A DNA stretch of 63,293 nt, the filler included, from Reclinomonas americana ATCC 50394 (taxonomy: Eukaryota): NCBI GenBank assembly GCA_048213135.1. It is 12 parts of 12 records of this genome, joined end to end, with 100 filler letters (N's around TTAATTAATTAA, not from the genome) between each part and the next. Parts side by side here need not be neighbours in the genome. Positions count along the whole stretch, not along the records: positions 1 to 2,976 come from AFZH01022456.1; positions 3,077 to 9,261 come from AFZH01022457.1; positions 9,362 to 13,784 come from AFZH01022458.1; 9 more parts are not named here. One strand, 5' to 3'. Position numbers and translations under genes: made by a program. Positions within the stretch are counted from its first letter, which is position 1, and every line of letters begins with the position of its first letter. Shown in pieces: positions 1 through 12,400 of this stretch. Under the pieces are notes generated by a model, which did not search any database, had not been told where the DNA came from, and saw only the letters and a list, made by a program, of their open reading frames with translations.

Positions 1-950
1 CTCATTTCGTCTCATTTCGTCTCCTCTCGTCTCCTCTCGTCTCCTCTCGTCTCCTCTCGTCTCCTCTCGTCTCATTTCGTCTCATCTCGTCTCGTCTCCT
101 TTTGTCTTATCTCGTCTCTCCTTCGTGTCTCCCTTCCATTGCCTGGTTGCTCGTCTCTGCCTCTCGTCTCCACTCCTCCTCTTCTCTCCGCTTCCTGGTC
201 TCCACTCCTGGTCTCCACGCCTGGTCTCCACTCCCTCGTCTCCACTCCCTCCCCTCGTGTCCACTCCTCCTCGTCTCCTGTCTCTCTTCGTCTCCACTCC
301 TCCTCATCTTCACTCCCTCCTCGTCTCCTGTCTCCCTTCGTCTCCACTCCCCCTCATCTCCACTTCCCCTCATCTCCACTTCCTCCATCTCCATTCCCCT
401 CGTCTCTCCCTTCCATTACCTGGCTGCTTGTCTCCACTCCCTTTTTCTCCACACCTCCTCGTCTCCACTCCCTCTTCGTCTCCACTCCTCCTCGTCTCCA
501 CTCCTCCTCGTCTCCACTCCTCCTCGTCTCCACTCCTCCTCGTCTCCACTCCGTTCGTCTCCTGTCTCCCTGCTTCTCCCTCCCTCGTCTCCACTCCCTC
601 CTCGTCTCCACTCGCCTTCGTCTCCACTCGCCTTCGTCTCCACTCGCCTTCGTCTCCACTCGCCTTCGTCTCCACTCGCCTTCGTCTCCACTCGCCCTCG
701 CCTCTACTCGCCCTCGTCTCCACTCGCCCTCGTCTCCTCTCGCCCTCGTCTCTCCACACCCTCGTCTCTCCACTCCCTCGTCTCTTCACTCCCTCGTCTC
801 TCTCTCATTTATTCTTCACCCCATTCCTCTGTTTCCCCTTTCTGTTTCCTCTCTTCTTTCCTTCATCTTCTCCCCCATCTTCATCTTCCCTTTCCCACCC
901 CTTCTCCCAATCTCCCCTCTCCCGATCTCACCTCCTCCTCCTTCCCCCAC
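1..950. repeat. Pyrimidine-rich degenerate minisatellite (units such as CTCCTCTCGT and CTCGTCTCCACTC...), probably intronic
   Basis: Visible 10-bp and ~21-bp tandem units ending at an AG acceptor at 953-954. ORFs here are low-complexity artefacts. Confidence 0.85.
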
Positions 951-954
951 CCAG

Positions 955-1290
955 CGACCTCGTCTCCGCGCTCAACCAAGTGGTGATGGAAGACGAGGAC
1001 GACGCCGTGGGCTTCAGCGACCCCGACGTGGACGAGGACCCCGTGTTTAAGATCAACCTCTCGGTAATACGCACACACACAAGCTGCATATTCTCACTCC
1101 TCTCCGCCGTGCTCACTTCTCGACCCCACAGGCACACATTTACCGCTTCATGACGCAATTCAACGCCGCCGCGAGTGAGAGTTTTGCGTCGTTGGTGAAC
1201 GCGTTGCCGGAGAGAATGGCGTCGGAGCTGCAGGAGGCACTGGCGCTGTGCGCGAGTGCCGAGGAGAGTGGCATGTTGGGCGACGCGTGA
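955..1290 (+). CDS. 3' end (last two exons) of an importin-9-like karyopherin
   Basis: Exons 955-1063 and 1132-1290 (GT..AG) give DLVSALNQVVMEDEDDAVGFSDPDVDEDPVFKINLS|AHIYRFMTQF...GDA*. This resembles the importin-9 C-terminal motif D-P-D-x3-D-P-x3-I-D/N-L-x2-Y/H-L-x2-F. Confidence 0.55.
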
Positions 1291-2118
1291 TGGAATAACG
1301 CCAGTACGAAATAGAGAATGAATGATCAACGGCTCGCCTAACGATGCGGTGTGGAGTGGAGTGGTGCGGCGACTCGCTTGTTTTTTATTCTCGGACGGTC
1401 CCTCTGGCACCGGAGACAGCACTGTCGGTGGAGGTTTATTGTCGAGGTCCCCGCAGGGGCGCCATTCATCAATTTGCAGACAATTTCTCTCACTCTCTGC
1501 GGCTGAGAAAGTTCTCACAGATTGCTGCGTTTCTACCTGATTTTTCTCTGGTGTGTGGCATATGGTGAGGAGGGAGATGGCCAGCAGTTTCATTATTGAG
1601 ATATTCTACGCAGGTCCGGACACCTTTCTACTTGCCTATTACGTCGAGTCGCTGCGAGTCTCGCTTCATGCCAGTGCCGTTCTGTCTTACCACTGATGCA
1701 CTCCACACTGAGGGAGAAGAGCGAGGAACTTGCACTGCAAATATAACAGCATGTGCGTGCTCAATGTCACGAATATGCGACAAACAGGTCAATTGAAATC
1801 GAATTCGAACGTGACATGAATGAGCTCATGCGACAGCCGGCACGAAACAGCACCAGCGACAGCACGCTACGCCTCCCAAGCATTGCGCATCGTTCACCTC
1901 CGCTTTCTCTCTCACGCACTCTCTCCCACTACTCCGTGGGGACGCATTTCCTTTTTCAGCGGGTCGCGAGCACATGCGCACCGCCCTGTCTGCTTCCTTG
2001 TCGCGAGTCGCTTGAAGAGAGGAGCAGTGGTGTGGTGGTGTGACACTCAGCAAACACCCTTTTCCCTATCACCCTCTCTCACTCCGAGTGCGCAGTGCAG
2101 TGGTGGTGGTTTCAATCC

Positions 2119-2945
2119 ATGACCGCCATCAATGCGACCAAGCTGCTCATCATCGCAATCACGATATCGTTAATGATTACAGCGGTGTACTCCACAACAG
2201 CAATAGAAACAGCAGCTCATGAATCACCATCGTCGCCACCCACATCGCCCGCAAACTGGTTACCGAGTGTGAGATCAGGAGCGAGTGCGGCCGTTGTGCC
2301 GTCGTCCACCGGCCATGTTCACCACCGATTCGCCACTCGCGCTGTCATTACACCACCAGCGTCGACTGCAGACACGTGTCAAGGTACACACACACACGCG
2401 CGCGCACACACAGAGAAAGAGAAAACAGAGAAGGATTGATTGATTTTGTCCGATTTTGTGTGTGTAGTGTATGTGTCGCCAGGAGGCACACTGGGCACTG
2501 ACGCGTGCGGGGAGGATGTGGATTCGCCCTGTACACTGGATCAGGCGGTGGATGCGTGTGTAGGCGCGCAGGGATTCAGTGTGGCGTCGGTGGGGACGAC
2601 GTGGACGACGATGAATGTGTGGTTGGTGGCGGGCGATTATGATTTGACGTCGGCCGGATCGCAGTTGGTGGTCACAGGTGGGTGGGGGGAGAGGGGGAGA
2701 GAGAAAGGGAGGGAGGGAGGGAGAGAAGAGAAGGGAGAGAGGGAGAGAGGGAGGGAGAGAGGTGCATTGGATATGCATTTCAGATACTGCATATCTATCT
2801 TTCTGCTGATCTTCTTTCTGTTTGTGTCTTCTTCTCTGGGTCTGTCTCTCTTTGTCTGCTCCTCTCCGCTCAGTCTGTTCTCTTCTCTCTTGCTCTCGCT
2901 CTTAGGATCTCTTGCTCTCTCCCTCTGTCTTTCTTTCCTGCTCTC

Positions 2946-2976
<31 letters not shown>

Positions 2977-5900
2977 NNNNNNNNNNNNNNNNNNNNNNNN
3001 NNNNNNNNNNNNNNNNNNNNTTAATTAATTAANNNNNNNNNNNNNNNNNNNNNNNNNNNNNNNNNNNNNNNNNNNNGATCCATGTGCGAGAGTGGGAGAG
3101 AGACGGAGAGAGAGTGAGTGAGTGAGTATGTGTGAGAGTGTATGAGAGAGAGAGACCAGAGGCAGGAGAGAGGATGCTGTGATTGACAAACACTGGCGGT
3201 GAGCTTTCGTCGTCTTTTTCTTCCTATTCTCTCTGCGCTCGATGCACTGTGACAGGGGAAGGGTCTCTCTCTCTCTCTCTCTACATCTCTCTCGACTCAC
3301 TCCTTTTCATCAATGCGCGTGCGCATGGTGTGCGTCTTAGAGAGACACATCGCTCTCCCTTTCATCTCCCTCCCTTCCCCTCCATCTCCCTTCCCCTCTT
3401 ATCCCCCTTCCCGTTACCCACCCTTCCCCTTTCGCAGGCCTCTCCATCTCCATCACCGCCCTCGACTCTTCCTCCCCCTGCACCTGGCACACCTCCGCCT
3501 CCGGCGCCCTCACCATTCTCCGCTCGCCACTCCTGCAAATCACGGGCGTCAGCATTGTGGGCGACAGCTCGGCCGTGGCCACCATCCGCTGGACGCCACC
3601 CATCGCCGGCACCTCGCCGGCCACGGTCACGGTCACCAACTGCACTCTGCAGGGTGCTGCACTGGTCGTCGATGCAACGGCCGCCAACTCACTGCGCGCA
3701 GTGCTGACGCTGCAGAATGTGGCGGTGAGCGGCTACTCGGTGGAGATGGCCGGTGCCTCGCTGTCGCCGGTGACGGTGTTGGGCGCTGTGAGTGCGGTGA
3801 ATGTGGTGCAGTCGTCGTTTGCCAACTGCGTCAAGCAGGGTGACGATGCGTCGGGCGCCGCCGTGTCCTTGTCGCAACTCACCGGCGCCGCCGCACTGAC
3901 CTTCACCAACTCGACGTTTACGGATAACAGTGTGGTGGGCTCGGGCTCCACCGTGTCGTCGCACGGCACAGCCGGTGGAGGTGCCGTCTTCGTGAGCAGC
4001 AGCGGTTCCGTGACGATGACGGTCTCCGGCTGTCAGTTTGTCCGCAACAGTGCCTCGCTTCTGGCCAAGAGCCAGACGGGCGGCGGCGCGCTGTACATGA
4101 ATGCGGCGGGCGGCACGGTCCTGGTCGACACCAACAATGTGTGGCTCAACAACACGGTGAGCAACTGCGGCAACGGTGACAGCGATCCTAACGGATTCGC
4201 GTCCGGCTCCAGCAATGTGGGCGGTGGTGCCGTTTATGTGAACAAGGCCACGACGCTGACATTCACTGGATCCATGTTCTCCGGCAATCTCGTGACCAGC
4301 AGCGCCAGTGGCCGCTTTTGCGAGGGCCAGTGGACCTACTGTGCGCTTCCCAGCGGGGTAACGTCGGCTGGTGGTGGCACCGTCAGCGGTGGTGGTGCTG
4401 TGTGGGCCACGACGTTCTCCAACGCTCCATCGTTGACGGTGAGTGCGGCGCGAGAGCCTCATGAGCGGGAAAGAAAGCATGGGAGTGGGAGGATTAGTTA
4501 AAGTATGCATTCCTTTTTCCTGTCGCCTCTCTCGTGCTCTCCTGTTTGTAGTGTGTCTCTTCTCATGTGTGCGCCGCTTGATTCTCACTCCAACCCTTCG
4601 CTTTGTTCTGCTGACCCCTGCTCACGCCCTCTCTGGACTCGCGCCTTCATCCTTCCTTCGCGCATGCTGTCTCGTTCCTGCTTTGTACCTTCTCCGTCTC
4701 CCTGTTCATGTCTCTCTGCTTTTTCTCGCGCCTTGCCCCTTCGTCCCTACTTTCGCCTTCCATTTTCGCGTCCTCGCAGACTCGCACCTTCCTCCTTCTC
4801 ACATGTTGTCCCGTTCCCGCCTAGTTCACGCTACTTCTCACGTCGAAGTCCCTTGTCCTCGTTCAGTGCATCTATGCTCTATAATCTACCGCCCCCTGTT
4901 TCTTTTCTCGTCGCTGTTTACTTTCACTTTCCTGCTCTTGCCTTCCTCTGCTCTAGCCTTCCTCTGTGTGCACCTCGCTGCTCAAGTGCCCTTTCTCTCC
5001 CTTTCGCTGCTATTTGTTTGTACTTCCCACCTACGTCTCCCTGTTCTCGCATCCTTTTTTCTGCCACATTCGCTCACGCCTTTTCCAGCCGTACTCTATT
5101 TTCACCTCGCTACGCATGTGTCCATTCTCATCGATGCTCTACACTCCCACCTTTCTTGCGCTGCTGTCTTATTTCGTCTCTCACCGACCTCCTGCTCACG
5201 CTTCCTCTCTCTTATCAACTGCTAATATCTCGTCCCCATTTTCTCCGTTTTTGGTGTCTCATTCCTTCCCCCATCGCTGTAATGTGTGTGCTAAAGAGTT
5301 CCTTCCTTATGTGTCGCATGCGCAACCCACTTGTCGTTCTCCGATCGTCCTTTTCTCACTTCCGCTCGTCCGCAATTCCCCGTTGACTCACTCTGTCTTC
5401 GCACCATCGCAGATCACATCATCAATGTTTACACGCAACAAATCTTACAGCGTGTGTGTTGGTGCCACAAACACCGACGGTAACGGCCCTGGCGGTGGAA
5501 CATGTGGAGGAGGAGCCATGTTTTACTACTCCGCCACAACCACGGCATTTCCGACAGCGACGGTCTGTTTCTACACACGTTTGTGACTTGTGTCTAACAA
5601 CCTTGTCCTGACATTTTTGCGTTGCACGTCAGATCACCAACTCTGTGTTCACGGAGAACAAGGCAGAGTTTAATGGCGCAGGCGGTGTGTGTGTGTGTGT
5701 TTATATGTGTGAATATGTGAACACTAGACAGTTGCTCTCGTGCTCATGTCGTATGTGTGTTTTTTTAATCGTGCATGTGTGTGTGTGCGTGTGCGTTTGT
5801 GCATGTGTAGGTGACTATAATGAGGGAACTGGGCCGAGCAACCTTGGTGACTCGGGAGGCGGTGCACTGTACATTTATCATTCCCGATATCAAGTTATGG

Positions 5901-8900
5901 TTGTATTGGTTGGCATTCTCCCGCGCCTTTATATTCTCACCTCGTTTTGTCACTCAGACCACATTTGTCGTAAACACGAGCACGTTTGTTGGCAACTTGG
6001 CGGGCAGCAATGGCCGTGGTGGTCTGCTTCTGTATTTCTGCTCAGTGACACTTGCTGTGGGCTGATATTTGTTTGTACAGGTTGGAACGGCAATGGTGCT
6101 GCTGATTCGTCCGCTTCGAGTTGCGGTGGTGGCGCAGTGTGGCTGCGCACCAGGACGGCAAGTCTATCTGTTTATGCTTGTTTGTGCCTTGCTTTTGGAC
6201 TCACAGAGCATGTGTGATTGACAGGCTACACTCCTGAACTCAACTTTTACCGGCAACACTGCACGAAACAACGGCAGCGGAGGTAAGTCGCAGTACGTGT
6301 GGGATTTGACTGCGCTGAGAGAGGTCGCAGAGCCGATCGCCTCACCACTACAAGCTGGTGGTGGTGGTGGCGCCATTGGCGACAGTGACACGCTGCGATT
6401 GCTCTTTCTCGCCGCGCACTTGTCACCGTTGTTGCCGGCGACCACGCCCGATCCTGTTCTGGAGGACGGCGTGAAAAACAGCTCATTTGTTTGGTATTTG
6501 CAGGTACCGATAGCTATGCTTCTTGTGCTGCTACCGGCGGCCATTTGGGTGGTGGCGGTCTGCTGATCGATGCGCTATATGTGAGTTGGACACCATGCAG
6601 AAATTTGAGTCGACCGACTCACTCTTGCACATTGCAGGATGTTGTCGTGACCAACTGCACCTTCGTGGGCAACACTGCGGACTCAAACGGCGCCGGCGGT
6701 AAATTCTCACGTCGTACCTGCCTGGGTAACGTATTTGTACAATTTCTCACTTGGTTGTTGCGCAGGCATCGACTGTTTGAATGATATGACGTCGGCTTCA
6801 TATCAAAGTGGTGGCGGAGCAGCAAAGATCTATTCGTCAATGGTGAGGTCCACCACTGTACTTTGTGAGCCTCACTGCAAGTGTTAACGTGACGGTCGCG
6901 GCAGGGCTCCGTAACCATCTCACAGACGTCATCCACCGGGAACACTGCTTCTGGAAATTGTAGTGGAGGTAAGCCGGAGTGATTGGAGAGTGCTGCGAGT
7001 GGGATGGGGTTTAGTGCACGAAGCGACAGTTCTGCGTATCCACCAAGTTTTGTCACTCCTTGTCGCTCTTGGTACTTTTTGTCACTCGTCATTGCATATG
7101 TCGTCGGCCGTTTGGTGAGTCAACAACATCCCTCCTTGCGATAATATCATGGTGTTGTTTATCATTCCTCGGCTTTGTATCGCGGCTGTCTTGCTCTCCC
7201 TGTCTTTCTGTGCCTGTCTCTGTCTCTATATATATATCTCTCTCCCCTTCATCACTTGAAAATGAGTAGAAGCCATTCATTTTTGTGTTGCTGTGGCCGA
7301 CTCATCTGTTCACTGCAGGGGACTATTCTTCGCTAGGTGGCGGTAACACTAGTGGTAAAAACTGCGGCGGTGGTTCCATGCACATCAACGTGCCACTGGT
7401 TCGGCTGTGCTGCCAGTAATATATGCTGTCAGTGTGATCTCATTGTGACTCACGCATTGCAACACAGACAGCGTCAATATCGAACAGCATGTTTACGGGC
7501 GACAAGGCAATTTCGAATGCTCACGGCGGTGAGTACATGTGTTGTGCCGATTGGATCACGCTCGATTTGCACACATGTTGACGGTGCATTGCAGGTGACG
7601 AAAACGCTACGGGTGGATGGAGCAGCGGTCAATTCGTAGGTGGTGGTGCCTTGTGGATCAACAGTGTTGGTGTTCGTAAAACTCCCGCACAAGTGTGCGC
7701 TTGTGCACAATAGATTGCTCACGCTGTACGACATTATTCAACCTCAGGGCACAACATTGACGAACTCTTCATTCGTGGGTACGAGTGCGGAAAATAATGG
7801 AAGTGGTGGTGCGTCGGTGTATCCGGAGCTCTCTATTCACTTCAGTCACTGATTGTGCCTTTCTGTGTAGGATCATACAATCAAGCGAGCGGCGGAAGTT
7901 CTGGTGTCCACCACGGCGGTGGAGCGATCTTGATGCAAGGGGTGAGCGTGTTGAACGTGCGATAGATAATGCACTTACAAATGCAAGTCCACGGTACTGT
8001 GCGTATAGTTGCATCTTTGTACAAAATAGTGCATCTCAGGTAGAGAGGTCCTCTGATGTCACTCGCGAGAGAATTGGCTCTCTCTCTCTCTCTCTCTCCC
8101 GCCCCCTCTTCTTTCTCTTTCACTGTGTGCTTGGAGTCAGCAACTCATCATCATGTACCGTTTCATCTCATCGCATATTCTGCAGCTGCTACTACAAGCC
8201 ACTGACACCAGATTTTCTCGCTGCTCTGCTGTCGGGAATGGCATCGCAGGTGTGTGTTATTTTCCAAGTGTGGGATTTCTGTATATCTGTCACACAGTGT
8301 GTCGTGCAGGCGACGAAAACGATGACGACGGTGCCAGCGAGGGCACCGGTCATGGTGGAGGTGCGATCCTTGCGTGGCTGCAGGTCTGTTTTCATCTTCG
8401 GCAATTCTTCTTCAGATTTCTTGAGCTGCCTTGTCGTGACGATGTTTTTTGTCGATTAAGAATCGAAATTATGCGACATTTGTGCAATGCTCGTTTGACG
8501 GCAACTCATCAATTGGGAATGGCAACGGCGGTACGAGATGTGTACAAACTCACTCGTGGATTTACAGTTAGGCTGTAACAATGCCTGTTGCCGCAGGGTT
8601 GGGAAACAAAGATTGCTCGACTTCAGGCGGCAATCATGGTGGTGGCGCCATTCGTATTGAAGCTCCACTGGTGAGTGCGCTTGGGTGAAGAGAGGTGGGG
8701 GAGAAGAGACAAGGCATGAGGGATGGCGGTGTTGTATCGGTAAAGGAGCACGCAGACGTAAGAGGAAGTAGGCAGGCTGAAGTACGACTTGAAGAGTGTC
8801 AGAAATCGTAAGGGTTGTTGGAGAGAAGCCACGAAGAGATGAATCAGTTGAGCGATATGTTGTTAGTGTCACGGTCAGTGTTGGCAAGGGATTTGTGGGG

Positions 8901-9366
8901 GGTCATGCGTCGCATTGTTGGAGTGTGGTGAACGAAGTGGTGGTCGGACATGTAGAAGAGTAATTGTGTGTCTATACATTGTTGACGTGCCACGGTTATT
9001 GTTGGCAAGGGATTTGTGGGGGACCATGTGTCGCATTGTTGGAGTGTGGAGAACGAAGTGGTGGTCGGAGAAGAAGAAGAGTAATTGTGTGTTTGTACAT
9101 TGCTGACGTGCCACGGTCACTGTCAGCGAGGGACTTGTTGGGGGCCATGTGTCGCATTGTTGGAGTGTGGAGAACGAAGTGGTGGTCGGAGAAGAAGAAG
9201 AGTAATTGTGTGTTTGTACATTGCTGACGTGCCACGGTCACTGTCAGTAAGGGACTTGTTGNNNNNNNNNNNNNNNNNNNNNNNNNNNNNNNNNNNNNNN
9301 NNNNNTTAATTAATTAANNNNNNNNNNNNNNNNNNNNNNNNNNNNNNNNNNNNNNNNNNNNGACGA

Positions 9367-9402
<36 letters not shown>

Positions 9403-12400
9403 TCTCTCTCTCTTTCTTTGCCTTCCTTCTGTCTGTGTCTGTAGATAAACGGAAGTCTTGCTCACACCGCGTCTCACTGCTGCAGCTGACAATCAGTTCT
9501 TGCACATTCACCAACAACACGGCCGTGATGAATGGCGTCGGCGGTCCGTGTTCTCAGACCCGCCGTCTCCCTCTCACTTGTCAGCGTTGTTTACTTCGTC
9601 TATGCGCAGGCAAAGGGTGCACCAGTGAGGCCACCAGCTCCCTTGGACAGAACGGCGGTGGTGCAGTGTGGTTTGCCGGCGCCACGGTGAGTGGCGTCAA
9701 AGATATGGAACAGGACTTCTCGTTTTCAAACAATTTTATTGTCTGTGCGTAGGTCTCTGTGTCGAGTTCAACATTTGCCACAAATGTCGCCAGTTTGAAC
9801 GGGGTGGGAGGTGAGCTTGTCAATTACTTTTGTTCCGAAAAAAAGTTTTCTTTAGTGTGCGGTTGTGTGGAGGTATTGACAGAGCGAAAGTGAGATACGG
9901 AAAATCGTGCTGTATCACTGGTGATGGTGTTGCTTCTTTCGCACGCTCTCACTTTCGCTCCTCTCCGGCTCACGAGTGTAAGCAGTGCTTGAACTTGGCA
10001 TCTCTTCATTAGGCGTCTTCTGTGCGGTTTTTTCTCTTGTCGGGTGTTCCCCGGCTCTCTTTCTCTTTCTCTCCCTCTCTCTCTCTCTTTCTGTCATATA
10101 CTCTCTTAGTTCGCCGCACTATCCCTCGACGACATTTTTTCGTCACTGGTCCCTTACCAACTCAGTCTTTCTTATCTTCGCCCATCTTACTTGTAGGTGC
10201 GTTTCTGGCGGCCAGTGGTGACGACGCATCAAGCACAGGCTCCCAGAATGGAGGCGGTGCCATGTTGCTATCAGCCATGGCGAAACAACATGGCGTCGAT
10301 ACGGTGTGTGTGTGTGAGAGAGAGACACGTACACACTTTTCCACACGCCCTGCCTTCTTTGAGGCTCATCCTGGCGTCTACTTCCCAGGGCTCTGTTACA
10401 TTAGTCGACTGCACATTTGTCAATAGCACGGCCAGTCGCAACGGAGCTGGCGGTAAGCCCGATGTTGCATTGCCGAGACTCTTGTTATTGTACGTTTACG
10501 CTGCTGCGCACCATCAACAGGCAGTTTCAGCAACTTGGGGAAGAGCACGGGGACGTACAATGGCGGTGGAGCGGCGAATATTTACACTGGCTTCGTTTCG
10601 TCGTCCTCCTTTGTGCTAAATTTTGCCGCCTGTTCACCACGATCAACCTCATTTCGTATTCTTGGCCAGTTGAATGTGACGAGAAGCTCATTCGTCGGTA
10701 ATGTGGCCGATGGCAATGGCAGCGGTGGTGCGCATCTCATTTTCATTCAACCAACACAGACGGATAATTTACATTCTCTCTCTGTTTCTCTCCTCTTCCT
10801 CTTTATTGTGTGCAGGTAGCGACGGTGGCGACGGGTCGGTCATGGACGGATTTCATGGTGGCGGTGCGATCTTGGCAGCCCTGTTCACTCGGCGTCTTGA
10901 TGCATCCGTATGTCTCCCATGAAAGGAAGCTAGGGGAAATTTATCGCATCGCTAACTAGCTACCCGCGCAGGTGATTGTGGACAGCACGTTCTCGAGCAA
11001 CACTGCGTCTAATAATGGGCAGGGCGGTTCGCGGAGTGCTCTTGGCGACTCGCTTGCGGCAAACAGCGGGGGCGGTGCTGTGCTCCTTGCGCCTGACCAA
11101 AAGTCGGGTGTGCTGGTGCGTGTACTCTTGTGTGCTGCTTACTGCTGTCGAGGTGAGATCCTTTACGTGTTGGTGTGTCGCCAGATCCGCAACTGCACCG
11201 TCACTGGCAATGCCGCCATTGGGAATGGTTAGAATACCAAACACTTCAGTGCTTCCTTCATTGTATGCACACGCTGACCAAGTGTGCTCTTCAGGGAGTG
11301 GAGGCGCCAATTGCACAGCATCTGGATCTTCGTTTGCCACGTATTGTGGCGGTGGCGGTTTCCTTGTGCCCACTACGTTTTCCGCGTCGGCCAATGTGGT
11401 GAGTGCACTGTGCTCCGAAAGAGAAAAGCACAAGAGTACCAATACGTTCTGAATATGTTTCTCCTCCTAAGACGGTGGACACGTGCCGTTTCACCTCCAA
11501 TGTGTCGTCGCGAAATGGAGCCGGCGGCGCAGGCTCTGTGCTGGGATACTCCGTCGGCGGATTCAATGGGGGTGGCGCGCTGCTTGTTTTCGGACCGGGC
11601 ATGCCTGCATCAAATACCGCACAGGCCGTGGTGAGGCACTCCAACTTTACGAACAACCAGTCGGTCGGCGATGGAGCCGGTGGCGATCGTACCGTGTCGC
11701 AGGGAGCGGGGAGTAGCTGGAATGGCGGTGGCGGGTTGCTGATGCTGAATCAGCCGTCGACTGTGTCCGACTGCACGTTTGTCGGCAACAGCGCCGTCGA
11801 TGCGGGCGTTGGCGGCCTGCGTGCACGCCGACGGCCGCGTTCGCTGGCCACACGCTTCGACTCGGGAGTGTTGTGTGGTGGTGGTGGCGCGCTGTTGCTG
11901 AGCGATGTGACACTCTCGTCGTCCAAGTTCTCGACCAACTCGGTGTCGTCGAGTGCGCCGCTAGTCAGCGCCGGTCGTGTGGGCGGCGGCGGCGGTCTCC
12001 TGCTGCACGATTCGAGTGTCGCCAGTGGGTGCGAATTCCGCTTCAATGCCGTGACGGGCCAGCTGGTCAGTGGCGGTGGTGCACTGCTGTCGGACGGTTC
12101 ACAGCTTTCCAGCAGTTCGGTGACGAGCTGCACCGCCGAGTACGGGGGCGGCGGCGTGTCGGCGAGCGGTGTCGATGTTGTGTTTACGACGGTTGATGTC
12201 GCTAGGAACACGGCGGCCAGCGGGTTCGGCGGTGGTGTGCTGGTGATCAATGTCGGTGCCTATGTGACACTCAGCGGTTGTCAAGTGCACTCCAACACGG
12301 CGCTGTACGGCGGTGGAGTGGCGGTGCAGAACGACCTCGCTGAGCTGGTGCTGGCGGCGCACACGACAGTCTCCGACAACACCGCCACCCACAACGGTGG

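Noticed and set aside
72..1153. Long overlapping Ser/Pro/Leu- or Arg/Glu-rich ORFs
   Set aside because: Products of a stop-free minisatellite. The same applies at 15382-16009, 25487-26514, 27657-28174 and 60932-61703.
1291..2118. Possible small gene or ncRNA in the intergenic space
   Set aside because: No recognisable protein motif, consistent exon structure or RNA-gene signature.
3021..3032. TTAATTAATTAA palindrome recurring 11 times
   Set aside because: Synthetic six-frame stop linker inside N spacers, not biological.
8880..9261. Possible CRISPR array
   Set aside because: The whole 121-bp unit is repeated with no unique spacers, it sits in a eukaryotic intron, and there are no cas genes.
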